Part shown: positions 42,071 to 53,800 of the stretch, one piece after another
How the letters are laid out: the number at the start of each line of letters is the position of its first letter
How positions within the stretch are numbered: position 1 is the stretch's first letter
NCBI GenBank assembly: GCA_023205875.1
Contig: CP060772.1
Coordinates: 186,001-250,000 of the forward strand
Reading direction: 5' to 3'
Length of the DNA stretch: 64,000 bases
Source of the DNA: Chloropicon primus
Lineage: Eukaryota
Translations under genes and position numbers: made by a program
The notes under the pieces: model-generated
What the model was told of the DNA's origin: nothing
The model's database searches: none
The model's input: only the letters and a program-made list of their open reading frames with translations

Positions 42071-43852
42071 ATGGCGGACGAAGAGGAGGGAAACCTGATC
42101 GAGGTTCGCATGGACGCTCACGAGGAGGACGAGACGTCCGTCTCAGAGGAGGAGGATCTCGAGGAGATGTCGGGCGACGACCTGGTTAGCGAGGACGAGG
42201 ACGAGGCGGGGGCCGAGGCTGAGAGAGGTGCGACGACGGGGGACGAGGGCATGCCCAGGCACGTCCAGCGCGCCTTGTGGCGTATACTTGTGGGGGACCC
42301 CGCCAGCCTTGGCCCAGAGCCCACGACCCACGATGAGCTGATTCAGTCCTTGAAGAGAGCGAGGGTTTTGTTGGATCAGAGAGTGAGCAGAGCGATGGAG
42401 CTCATTCCGAGAGGCTCCTTTGTGCCGGAGGAGCAAAGGGGAGAAGCGTATTTGGACTGCCCGTTGGCTGTGCCGCAGCTTGGTTTCAATATCAGCGCCC
42501 CGCACATACACGCCACTTGCTTGGAGAAACTTTGCTTGGAGCCGGGGCACCGTTTCTTGGACGTCGGATCAGGTACTGTGTCAGCGAGCGCGCTCCGCCC
42601 TCCGCCACACCACCCTCGTTTTCTTTTCTTTCCCTTCTGCTCACAAGACTCTTTTCCTTTGTCGTCTCTAGGTTGCGGCCTGGTGACTTGCTTGGGGGCC
42701 TACATCGTGGGGAAGACGGGCTCAGTCGTGGGAATCGAAATCAATGACGATGCTCTTGCAATAGCGGAGAAAAACCTTGCCTCCATCAAGGCAGACTGCC
42801 CAGAGTTTGCTCTCACCGCCTGCGAGGTGACGTTCGAAAAGCACAACGTCTTTCTTCCTGATCCGAAGGGAAGGCTGTACGATAGGATAAACGTGGCGGG
42901 GACGTGCCCAAGGTCCAGAGTGCCGAGTCTCCTGAATCTTCTGAGGGAGGACGGGAAGCTGATCGTCCCCTGCGGCTCGGAGCTGCAGCTTTACAATAAG
43001 GAGGGAGGAGGTAAGATGCGAATGGAAGTGGTCTCGAACGTCAGATTCGGGACGCTGGTGGTGCCGACGGACGCCGAGGTGGTCATACGCACGCTGGAGC
43101 TCGACAAGAAGAGGGAGATAGATCTCTTGAGGCGGGTGGACACGTCCTCGTCGCAGGAATCCGATGGCGGCATGGATGAAGATCACTGCTTTGAGGAAGA
43201 AGAGCAGCACGCCGCTGCTCCAAGTGACAATCATTACGATTGTTTGATCATAGGAAAGAGGATTCCTCACGGGATCCCGTGCCACAAGCACCTTCTTGCG
43301 GGGACGTGCAAGCTCTTCAAAGCGCAATTCACGAGTCCCATGAAGGATGCCAGGGCCAACGAGCTGGAGATACCTGAGAACTTCTCCTTTCAGGCCTGCC
43401 AGCTCTTTGTGGACTTCCTGTACGGCAAGGGGGTCTTTCTTGGTCTCGGGGACTCCCATGAAGAAACCTCAAGGTTTTTGGAGACCAAGCAGGAGCTGCA
43501 GGACGTTCCAACGAGAACGATCATCGACACCTTGCAACTTGGCACCTACGTGAACTGCGCCAAGCTTTGCAGGTTTCAGGAGGCGTGGCTTGAGACCCTG
43601 ATAAGCGTGGAGAACTGCGTCGAGCTTCTGACCGTCGCCGATGAGGTTGGGTGCGCTCCCTGCTTGCAGAGAGAGTGCCTGGATTTCATCGTGGAGGAAT
43701 ACGACGAGGTGGTCACCAAGACAAGCAACTTCGAAGGTCTGGAACCTCACCTGGTGAAGCAAATCGCGGGGAGGGCGTGCAAGAAGCTGAGTAAAGTCAT
43801 GAACGTTCTGCGTGACAGGAATCCTGTGCTGGAGAATGAGGGAAGCACGTGA
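42071..43852 (+). CDS. PIMT/PCMTD-like methyltransferase domain fused to BTB-BACK; 99-nt intron 42573-42671
   Basis: ISAPHIHA, FLDVGSG|CG, YDRINV, LLREDGKLIVP, VRFGTL; then CHKHLLAGTCKLFKAQFTSPMKD...FVDFLYG and ISVENCVELLTVADEV...CLDFIVEEY. Confidence 0.85.
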   Translation: MADEEEGNLIEVRMDAHEEDETSVSEEEDLEEMSGDDLVSEDEDEAGAEAERGATTGDEGMPRHVQRALWRILVGDPASLGPEPTTHDELIQSLKRARVLLDQRVSRAMELIPRGSFVPEEQRGEAYLDCPLAVPQLGFNISAPHIHATCLEKLCLEPGHRFLDVGSGTVSASALRPPPHHPRFLFFPFCSQDSFPLSSLGCGLVTCLGAYIVGKTGSVVGIEINDDALAIAEKNLASIKADCPEFALTACEVTFEKHNVFLPDPKGRLYDRINVAGTCPRSRVPSLLNLLREDGKLIVPCGSELQLYNKEGGGKMRMEVVSNVRFGTLVVPTDAEVVIRTLELDKKREIDLLRRVDTSSSQESDGGMDEDHCFEEEEQHAAAPSDNHYDCLIIGKRIPHGIPCHKHLLAGTCKLFKAQFTSPMKDARANELEIPENFSFQACQLFVDFLYGKGVFLGLGDSHEETSRFLETKQELQDVPTRTIIDTLQLGTYVNCAKLCRFQEAWLETLISVENCVELLTVADEVGCAPCLQRECLDFIVEEYDEVVTKTSNFEGLEPHLVKQIAGRACKKLSKVMNVLRDRNPVLENEGST

Positions 43853-43945
43853 CGAAGCCCACAAACACGCGCGGTGGGATGTAAAATTATGCTATTTGCT
43901 AGAAGTACAAGTATATATGGAAAGACCAGGGTGCTGTCTTTTTGT

Positions 43946-44971
43946 TCACGCAGACTTGAAGGCGTCCGCCAAAATCTTGAAAGCTTCCGCTGCGTTCGAC
44001 GAGGGGTTCTTGTCAGGATGAACGAGGAGGGAGAGGTACCTGAACCGCTTTCGTATCTCCGCCTTGCTGGCCGAAGGATGGAGCCCGAGAACCTCGAGAG
44101 GAGACTTCCCATCAGCCTTTGCGCCAAGGAGCATGGCGATGGCTTTGGTCTGCTCCTCGCTCGTCAGGTTTTGTGGTTGCGTCCTTCTGAGCACGCTCAA
44201 CCTCATCCTTCGGATGCTCTCGACAAAGTAGGGGTCCAAGGGATGGTTTGACGTGGACAGACCCTTCTCCTCGTGGACAAAGTTCTCGGTCTCTTCGTCG
44301 TCCTTCCAACCTGGTGGAAGGGGCATGCAAACTGCTTCCTCAAGCAAGTGCCTGCAATGGGGCTCCGAATCCAAGTCGACCTCAAAGTAGGCGGCCATCT
44401 CCTTCACTTCAGTCTCCGTCGGAGGGTTCGCCATCTTGGCTTTGTCCACCTTCCCCTGACAACCTTTCTTCATGTATATCAGCCCCTTGTAGTACTGCTC
44501 CAGGGGATGCTCCCACTGCGTGACGCCCGTCTTGCCATTCACATAATACACGTGGTCCTCGTCCTGCTCATTGCCAAGCAGCAAGCGTTACCGTTACGGG
44601 AGAGAGAGGTGAAACGTAGCGTTGTTAGACTCCTTGAGCCCCCCGATAGCCTTGTTGTTCGCTTGCTCGCGAGAACTTACCGTGATGGCCTCCTCCCAGT
44701 GATCCGGCAAGGGGCTCAGCCAGAACTCTTCGGCAATCCAAAGCAGGGCCGTATCCCTCAAGATGTTCAAGTCCAACATCTTTGCGGCCTCCAAGATGTC
44801 ACCTGCGTGATAGATAGTCTCCATGCTGCTCTGCTCCTCTTTACCTTTGGCCTCGCCCTTCCTGTTTCCAGCGCCAGCGCCACCGCTCGGCTTGTGAGCC
44901 ACTGACTTGAGATGTGGAGGCGTTTGTGCCCTCTTTCGTATCACTGAAGGTATCCCTGGTGTGTTCAACAT
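43946..44971 (-). CDS. Tandem CEP164-like WW modules + C-terminal J domain; intron 44564-44680
   Basis: LLWIAEEFWLSPLPDHWEE...YYVNGKTGVTQWEHPLEQYY, second PLPPGWK...HPLDPYF, J domain LEVLGL...IRKRFR...HPDKN. Confidence 0.82.
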
Positions 44972-45693
44972 CTTTCCTCACTTCAAATTCTTGCTGCTGT
45001 TCCCAAAACAAAACACCACCAAGCTCTCTCTCTCTCTCTCTCCGTGTCTCTGTCTCTGTCCCTGTCTTTCTTGCCAAGCACCGCACCAGTCTCTCTCTCT
45101 CTCTCTCTCTCCTCGCTGCACAAGGGTGCAAGTCGTCCAAGTTAGGTATCACCCTGATTCCTGCAATCGTGTGTGCCAAGCAGTAGCCTCTCTCCTCCTT
45201 CACCCAATACCCTATCACTTGGACAAAAGAGAATCCAATCGGTGGCTGGCAACAACACAACACTTCTCTCTGGGTCCCTCTCCAGTCTCCAGACACACAG
45301 GCTGGGAGGAGGCAATCAATCCAAAAGGTCAAGATCAAGAATGCCAACCGTTGGCAATCCTCCCGATTTGTAACGCTCTAGAGACTTTCTTGAAGACACC
45401 AAACTCCAAAGCAGAACCTTTCCTTCAAGTCTCCATCAATGGTTGGGAACAAAGTACACACAAGGGGTTGGGTCTCTGTCTCTCTGTCTCTGTCTGGCTT
45501 TATGGTTTTCAAGAATCAAGAAAAGGAAAGGTTCAAGAGCAAGGTGGTGAGGATGTCAAGGGGGGAAGACCTCATCCCATCACTCCATCCAAGCCAAGCT
45601 CCTCCTCCTCGTCCTCCTCCTCCTCCTCGTCCTCCTTTCTCCCCTTTCTCCCCTTTGCCCTCGAAAACTTCAAATTTCAAAATACCGCAACGT

Positions 45694-45959
45694 GGAAAAT
45701 GCACATGCTAAGTAAAGCAAAGGTGAAGTTTCAAGTCGTGATGAACAAGACGGATGCCTGCAAGCCATCCGACCTGGCCAAGCGGTGGTGGCACGTCAAC
45801 GAGGAGATCAAGAGGCTCCCGAACGCGGTGCACCGGATTCACATGTGCAGCAGCAGGACGGGGGCAGGGGTCCAGGAGATCACAAAGGAGCTCTACCACC
45901 TCACGAGCCACATCATCGGCACCACGTCGTCCGTGCAGCAGCAGCAGCAGCAGCAGTAG
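45694..45959 (+). pseudogene. C-terminal fragment of an EngB/YihA-type GTPase
   Basis: KFQVVMNKTD (G4) and MCSSRTGAGVQEI (G5); no G1-G3 sequence recognised upstream. Confidence 0.55.
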
Positions 45960-47442
45960 CAGGAGAGCCACAGGGGGAGAGAAGGAACCAAACAACCCTT
46001 CTTCATTGCATTATTCTTATTCTTATGCATACATCATCACATCATCATCATCATTGTATCCCTCCAGCTCCAGACTCTCCTCCTTTCTCATCTCCATATT
46101 ACATCGGACTGGGAAGCGACGAGAGTCGAGTCGAGTGGTCTCCATCCTCTCGCCCGGCCGGCCGCTGGCAAAAATGTGTGCATGTCTATCCCCCTTCTTG
46201 TAAAACAACCAACACTTCTCCTTCTCCTTCTCCTTCTTCCCCTTCCTCCTCTTTGAATGGGATCGGCGAGGAGAACGCGAACCACGTAGACGCTTGGCAG
46301 TAGGACGTGAGGTCGAAGGGCCGTCGGAGGTCATGGTGTCGAAGTAGAGTTAATGTGGAAGTGCCCAGCCCCCCTCCTCTGTGGCTGTGGCTGTGGCTGT
46401 GGCTGTGGCTGTGGTTGTGGCTGTGGTCGTGGAAATTTTGAAAGTGTCATCGGAGACCACGACCCTCACCCTCAGTTGTGAGAGTCCGTCGTCGCACCAG
46501 GCCGGTCGCTTGCCCGAGCGACCGGCCTGAGCGACCGGCCTGCCCGAGCGACCAGCACTTCCCTTGGCGACGCCGTGTGCCCATCACCATGGTGTGCCCA
46601 GCCATGAAGAAGCTGCGCTTGATTAGTCGAGACTGAGAGGTTCTCGTTTTTGTTTAGCGCCCCCATAGTCGAGGCCACAGCTCGAAGACTCAAAGAGCGT
46701 GCGAGCTCGACAGTCCTGGCATCGGCGGGGTGATTGGTTGTGGACGATGAAAGGAGCAGCCTTGCGTGCCTGTTTCAAGACTCTTGATTCTGAAACAGCC
46801 AACCAACCAAGCCTCGCCACCGCCGGGGTGAGCACTCGGGACAGCTCCTTCCTCTTCGGAGTGGCCGCTCCATTCAAGGCGTTTCGATTCGCTGGGGCCG
46901 GGCCGCATAGAATACAATCGAAGGTACCTGATGGGAGTAATCAACTTTTGCGTGATGGTATCGTGTAATCAAATGATGAGAAGCAAACGTAGACGCAGCG
47001 CAGGCCGTGGTGAAGCCCTGGTGGAATCTGATGTAATATGTGAACGCCATGAAATTAGAATTGAAGTTTGGAAACATTGGGTACACTGATACAACGCTTC
47101 GCATGTAATTAAGACAATAGGTTTACATGGTGTACACGCATTGTGGACATTTCTTCGGCCCGAGGGCCGCGTCGATTTGGATCAGCGAGATGAAATTTTT
47201 GCATTTTTGCTGCATGATCATCATGATCATGACCCGATCATGGTGATCAGTAACTGATGGGAACGTGTCGACCTTGTTGGGCATCCCCAGAGAGAAGGCT
47301 AGACTTCTGATCACCCCATTGTCCGTTCTGATTATCCAGATTGTGCCAAGTTGAGGCCTTTGCACTCGTCAAAGCAAGCCCACTCTTAAGATTATTGAAC
47401 TGGATTGCTGGTGCCAGCACAATCTTGCTTGCCTGAATCGAT

Positions 47443-47607
47443 ATGCTAGAGGCTGCAGTTGTCGTGGGGGCCATGGTAGCACCAGTTGCAGCGGTGAACA
47501 CTTTTGGGCTGTTCGTGTACTTCGATTGCTTCAAGATCTTTCACGTTGAACCTGCTGTGGTGCCCGTAGCAGATATGACCGCGGCGCCAACGGGAGCGGC
47601 GTTCTGA
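47443..47607 (+). CDS. Possible 54-aa hydrophobic micro-protein or terminal exon
   Basis: ATG..TGA ORF MLEAAVVVGAMVAPVAAVNTFGLFVYF..., followed by AT-rich 3'UTR-like DNA converging on the dynein 3' end. Confidence 0.3.
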   Translation: MLEAAVVVGAMVAPVAAVNTFGLFVYFDCFKIFHVEPAVVPVADMTAAPTGAAF

Positions 47608-47814
47608 AGCCCAACGACGTGTGTGTACGATAAAAGTATAAAAGTGTTTTGTATGAAGTCCGAGCGAATGCTTAATGAAAAGAGTTTTTGTAATTACAAT
47701 ATATAATGTTTGTTTGTTTGGTTTTGTTTTCAAGTTCCAAAGAATGATATGTTGAAGGGGCCTTTGCTCTGTGTTTGCGAACATCAATCGTCGTCGTCTG
47801 CTCCACGCGTCTCT

Positions 47815-50800
47815 TTAGTAGGACAGAGACAACAGCATGCAAACACCTCTCATTGTCCAGTGGTGCTCTGGCTTATCAGTGGGCATGTTCAAGAACATCA
47901 AAAAGTTGGTCGAGTGACCCGTCGTCGCGAGGACACCTCTCCTGTCCGCCGTTCTATACACAGGGCAGGCGTAACAAGGCCTCTCCTTGAGGTCTTTCGT
48001 CTGCACAGGTTTGAACCAAATCACGGGCGAGGGCTCGAACAATACTCTTGGTCTGGACTCGCTCAGCGTCCTGCTCGCGATGTCCCATCCACAGCCCTCA
48101 AGGTACATTCCATAGACATACACTCCGTTCGTTGGCGACTCTCCGTTCTTGTAGATCTCTGGATCCATGTCGAGCATCTCGAAATCGAACGCGATGGTGT
48201 CAATCGCCAGCTTGTTCTTTCTGGCGTAGTTCTGCAAGACAGCCGTGCAGAAACTTGGGGTAAAGAAGAAGCCAGGGAGCCAGAAAGCGCTTGGCGGGGC
48301 TCCCGCTTCGTACCAAGACTGAAGCATGTTCAGCCTACCGAAGAAGTCTTCCACGTACGCCGCGGCTGGCTTCATGCTGGGATACGACTTGCTCATCCAC
48401 ATGGGGGGGACCTTGCCAATCGACAAGCTGTTGTACACCTTCTCGAGGTCGGAAGACATCACAATCGTACCATCGATAGCCTTGATCACGTTGACCAAAG
48501 AATTCCTGACGATTGTCGTGAGCCTGTTGTACCTCAGCATTTCCTGGGTCAAGACCTGGTTCAGAGACTGTTCGTAAAGCACAGGGAATGCTTTTTGAAC
48601 CTTCTCGATGTCAAAGTTAGGCGGCAACCGCTCGAGAATGTCGCTGCACATGGCTCGGACAACCTGCTCTTGGCCCCCGGAGTCTCCTCCGCCACCAGCC
48701 TCACCCATCGTCGTGATCAGGGTGGCGATCATCTGGTTCGTGTCATTCAAATCCTTCGTGATGTCTGCGTTGTCGTGGAGCCCGAAGACCTCAGGTCTGG
48801 GGATCGTGGGCAGGGCGTCTACATACTCTACATAGGCCTGCAAGGTGTTGTTCTTGGGAATTCTGTACACGCCGCTGGAACTCAAATTGAACTCCTCTCC
48901 AGTGATCTTCTCGTCGTAGATCAAGTCCAGAAGCGTGGAAAGGAGCCTCCTGTCCTTGTCATCCGTGACCCTGCCACCGTAGTTGCACTCACCGATCGTG
49001 TACTTGAGGGCAGCAAATGGCAGCTCATCTCCCGACTTTCCTACATACATGTGAAGCTGGCGGACACTGATCCTCAGGTCAGAGTCATTGAAACTGTAAG
49101 GAATGTTCCAGCCGATGGGTCCGAACTTCTTCCTCTCCTGGACAAAGGCGTGGATGAAGCACAGGCCAAAGAGAAGCCTCTTGAAGTCCCTGCTCTTGGG
49201 GCAAGATTCGAAGAACTCTTCATCGGAGATGGGATCGAGCCCCAGGCTCCTCTTGAGGTTCGCGCGGACGCCACTTGGGGGCTCGTTCGTCATCTTCACC
49301 CCGTTCTGCAAAATGCTCAGGGGGAAGGCCTTGCTCGGCATGCTGGTCACCCACAGCCTGAAGTCCGGCTCGCATGTCTCTGGCTTGATGCCCTCATAAA
49401 TCTTCTCCAGCGTGGGCATCCAGGAAGCGGCAAGGTGGCAGTTCTGCAACAAGACCCAACCGCCGGACTCAATTCCTTGCTCAATCAGCTTGGCAGCCTT
49501 GGGCCCCTGCCCTTGTCCCATGGAAATGACGCTCAGCTTGGAGGCCATGTCCCGGTCCTCGGCGTACTTGAGAAGAGCCGCAGTTGGATCCGATCCAATA
49601 CTGAGGACGAAAATCAGTGGACAAATGCACGAACTCTCGTTGTAACTCAGTTCCAAGTCAAACGTGGGGGGTTCCGTGAACTTTCTACCCATCGAGCTCT
49701 CCACGAAGGAAGAGACGGCGGGGACGAATTTGTCCGGCCTCATCGACCGGATCAGAAGAAGCTTCTGCGCAGGCGTAGGCTCATTCGGGTCCCCCTTGCA
49801 GTAAGGTGGAGGCAGATTCATGAGGAACGGATCCGCGGTCTCAAAGAGCTCCTGCCAGTCCGTTGAGTTCCTCTCGACGTGCTCTGGCAGCGTCGCAAAC
49901 GGCTTGGGGCATGCACCAGACAGTTTGCAAACGCTCTCCCACACTCTGTCCTCGATCAGGTCGCTAACAGGATTCTTGCTCGCGTCGTACTTGCTCTCGG
50001 CTCCGATTCCACCGGTGAGCAAGAACTGCTGCTCCGCTGCGGTGAACTCTCCCTTGGTTTCCAAAATTTTCAAGGAAAGCACAAAGGCGAACAAGAGCTT
50101 GTCCTTGACAAACAGAGAGCGGCAAATGTTGCAGTACAGCGAGTACGTGAAGTAGCTGTTGATGTCATCGAGGCGGGTCTCTAGACTGGACTCCTCTGAA
50201 GCATCCTTGTCCGACTTCTTACTGCTGTGAATGGCGCGAACGAACAAAGCAATGAACCAACTCAACGAGTACTGGTACATAGGGTCGATGTTCGCAAAGT
50301 CTGCCACACAGAAGTAGAGCATGGCGTTGTACTCGCCACAGGACTTGTATCCGGTACGCGTCTCCTCGATCATCTTTTGCGTCTCTTCGCCGATGGCCTG
50401 CTTCTCCTCGATCTCTCTGGACACGACCTTGGCCTCGGAAAGGATTTGGATGGCAGTAGTGTCCTCCAGAATGTTGCCTTCACTCGAGGACAAGACGTGA
50501 AGAATCTTGTTCTCAATCTCAGTCAGCTTCCTCTTGTTCTCTGCAGACTCGATGACGAGCTGCTGGTGCTGCTCTTCAAGATCGGGCCTCTCCTCAGCCA
50601 CAACGACACCAAGGAGCTGATCTGCCAAACCATGAGGCGTAATCATGAAGTTAAGCAGAGTAACTTTCACTGAAACCTCTGGAAGGTAGTGAGGGTTACG
50701 GAGTGCCGTCGTGATGTAGAACCTGAAATCGTTCGAGAACTCGATCACGCTTTCTCCGAGCTTGATGCAGATGACGCCTCCTTGCTTGAAGGTCTGGTTC

Positions 50801-53800
50801 AGGAGCAAGGGCTCAAGCGAAGGCTCGATTTCTTCGCCGACGTTCTCCAGGACAACTGGGAGACCAAATTGGACGGCATTCTCCAGGGTTCTCATGTAGT
50901 CAGAGTCCGTGAACTTAATCACCTGGACGTTGTTCGACTGCTCCATCTTCTTCACCCACTTGTTGGCTTGGTTCTGGGGATCAATGAACAGGGGCCATCT
51001 CCTCGCATTCGCGACGACAATGGCGTTGTCGATACTCAGCTGGTCGTTTGGCAGGCCAGCGATACTCCACTCACGAATTTTCACGGGATCGCCGAGGCAC
51101 TGTTGCATGGTGAAGACGTCACTGCATGGAATGCCTCGCTTCTTGCACTCGGCCGTCCATTTCTTGGTCAAGCCTTCCCTGAACGGCATGGTGAACACGC
51201 CGAGGTAAGAGATGAATCCCGCGGCGATGAGAACATCTCCAAGAACGTTCTGCTGCTGCTCGGCAAGGTCTTGGGCAGCTTCGCTCCATCTCTGACGCTC
51301 TCCTCCGAGACCGCCAATGAGCTTCTCTGCCCTTTCCAACTTCTGAGCACAGAGCTCGACTTCATTCTCGAGTCTCTGCTTCTCTGTGATAGACTCCTCG
51401 AGCTGGTTCTCGAGGAGGGCGAGCTTGTCCTGGAGCTCCTGGAGCTCGGCTTGCTTGACTTTCAGGCCCACCATGACTTCATTGTACTCTGCCTCTGCCT
51501 CAGCAAGGGCTTTCTTCTTAGGCGCAACAATCTTTGCAACCCTGTCATAGGAGTCGATGGCGAACACCCACTTGCAGAGACCTTCCGCGGCGGAGGCACC
51601 CTTTGCCGCGTTTGCGGGAGTGAAGTCAGGGTTGCTCGTGTACTGGGATCGAACCTTATCAATGACCTTGACTGGGACATTGTCCTTGTCATAAGTCTTC
51701 AGGCGATCAATGAACCCCTTGTCACTCAGCAGACCCTTGCTCGGCTCCCAGTAGTCCTCAATCTTCTTGCCGCTTCCAGCTGGATCAGCGATTCTCGCGG
51801 GCTTCACGTCCAAGCACACGCAGACAGCTTCCAAAACGAGCTTCACGGCAGCAGGAGGGTTCTTGAAGTTCTTGACCAGGTTGATATCAGCGGCCTTGAT
51901 CGTGTCGAGGGCTGCCATAGCGGCCTCAAGCGCCGGAATGGCCTCGGCGAGGGCCTCCTCGCACTCCATCTTGATGGCGTTGGCTTGGTCTCCCTTCGTC
52001 TGCGCCTCCGCCACCTCCCTGTCAACCACTGCTGCTTTGGGCTCCACAACCTCGGCCTTCTCCACCTTGATCCTCTCCATCAGCTCCTCCGTTTCCTTCA
52101 CCGTCTTCTCAAGGTTTGGCTTGAGCGCAGTTAGCTCGTCCTGCATGGCCCCCACTTGTGTTGCCGTGAAGTTCAACTTATCCAGACCGACAACATAACG
52201 TTTTCTTGAGGTTTCGAGCTCGTTGTTCTTCTTCTTCAGAATTGTTGCCAAGGTGCTGAGCAGCTCCAAGTAACTTGTTGGGGTGACATAGGAAATGCGC
52301 CCGGTCTTCTCCTTGAACTCGTAGCTCGTGTTCCTCGTGTCCGCATGGAACATCTTGCAAATTTTGATCAGCTCGAGCCTTTGCTGCTTCGCCACCTCCT
52401 CGCTCGCGGCGACAGATTTCAAGAGCTCGTCAATAGCGTTCAACTTCGTCCTTGCGACTGCCTCCAAGGCATCAGCGGGCCACTGCTGGAACCAGTCAAT
52501 CGTGCAGCAGTTGACAAGACTTGGGAACTGCCTCAGTCTCTCACGGAAAGCATCTCCAACAGGACTCATGCAGAGGACCACATGCAAGTTCTGCTTGGTC
52601 ATCTTCACGAAGAAGTCCCACAGCTCTTGTGGCGACTCCCCGTTGGCCGCTGGATCTTTCAGCTTCTTTGCCAAGAGCCTCGCTTGCTCCATCACAGCAG
52701 GCTTCTCGTCTTGGGGGAAAAGATTTGGAACTTCTCCAGTGTTCAGCAGGTTGTTGATGTCCTCCACGAAGACTTCGTCGTTGATTTGGGTGTCACTAAA
52801 CAGGAACATCATCTCCACGCCGTCGCCTCCGGCTCTGCGGATGAGCTTTCTGAGATCCTCCTTCCACTCCTCCAGGCCGTACGATTTGGAGACAGCAATC
52901 TGGAAAGTCTCGATGGCGCAAATGTACGCTGCCAATCGACTGAGGGACTGGCGACCGGAACCACCCACGCCGACGTTCAGCATGTGAGCTCCAGGCTGCT
53001 TCAAGACACGGCAAATTCGACTCGTGTGCTCGATCGCGTACAGGAACATGGCGAGGTTCATCTGAGACTTGGACAAGGCGTTGTACTCCTTGAGGTACAT
53101 CTCCATCCTCTCGATGATGGCCAAGGAATCTTGGTTCTCGACGTAAGTCAACTTGCCCTCAGTCTTCAGATCCGCCCTGTCAAAATCATCAGAAGTCATG
53201 TAATCGCCAAAGAAGCAGTTCCTCAGAGACTCCTGATCGACTTTCCCGTCATTCGCAATGTGCTCGAACAGCTCGTCCAGGTTCACGGAGAAGTCCTTTG
53301 CGACGACTTCCCTGAGGAAGCCGATGAACCAGTCCCTGTCATTGTCGTCGACAAGTCTGTCGTAGAACACTCGAAGAATTTCGTGACCCCAAAGCCTGAT
53401 GAAACTCGACTTGATGTCGTCGCTCTCTTCGATGGACGACTTCTTGTTCTTCCCCTTCGGCGCGATAAGCATGACCCCACGGACAACCCGGGCAAAATCT
53501 CTCAGGTTGAACACGTAGTGCGACTTGGAAGGTGTCGGCAAGAGCTTCGCCATGACTTCGTTGTAGACAGCATTTGTCGCTTGAACCACCTTTGGAATCT
53601 CCACCTTGATCGTGGACGAGACGTTCTCGAAACCGAGAGTTAAGATGGAGTTGAAAACTGTCATCAGCGTAGCAGCAGTGAATTCCAAGATGCCGGTGAC
53701 AGCAAAGTGCCTCAGGAACCTCCCGGTGACAGGGTTTCTTCCACCGCCTGGAGGCCCCATGGCCGAGCAGAGAATCACGTCAATCATGTTCCTGAAGGTC

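Noticed and set aside
46023..46334. 103-aa minus-strand ATG ORF
   Set aside because: Largely built from microsatellite-like sequence; no recognisable domain; unsupported without RNA data
46741..46762. SRP RNA helix-8-like GAAAGGAGCAGC
   Set aside because: The 5' half of the conserved loop (AGG) and its pairing are missing
46973..47031. Possible C/D-box snoRNA (ATGATGA...CTGA)
   Set aside because: No convincing terminal stem or long rRNA complement seen; needs snoscan or Rfam
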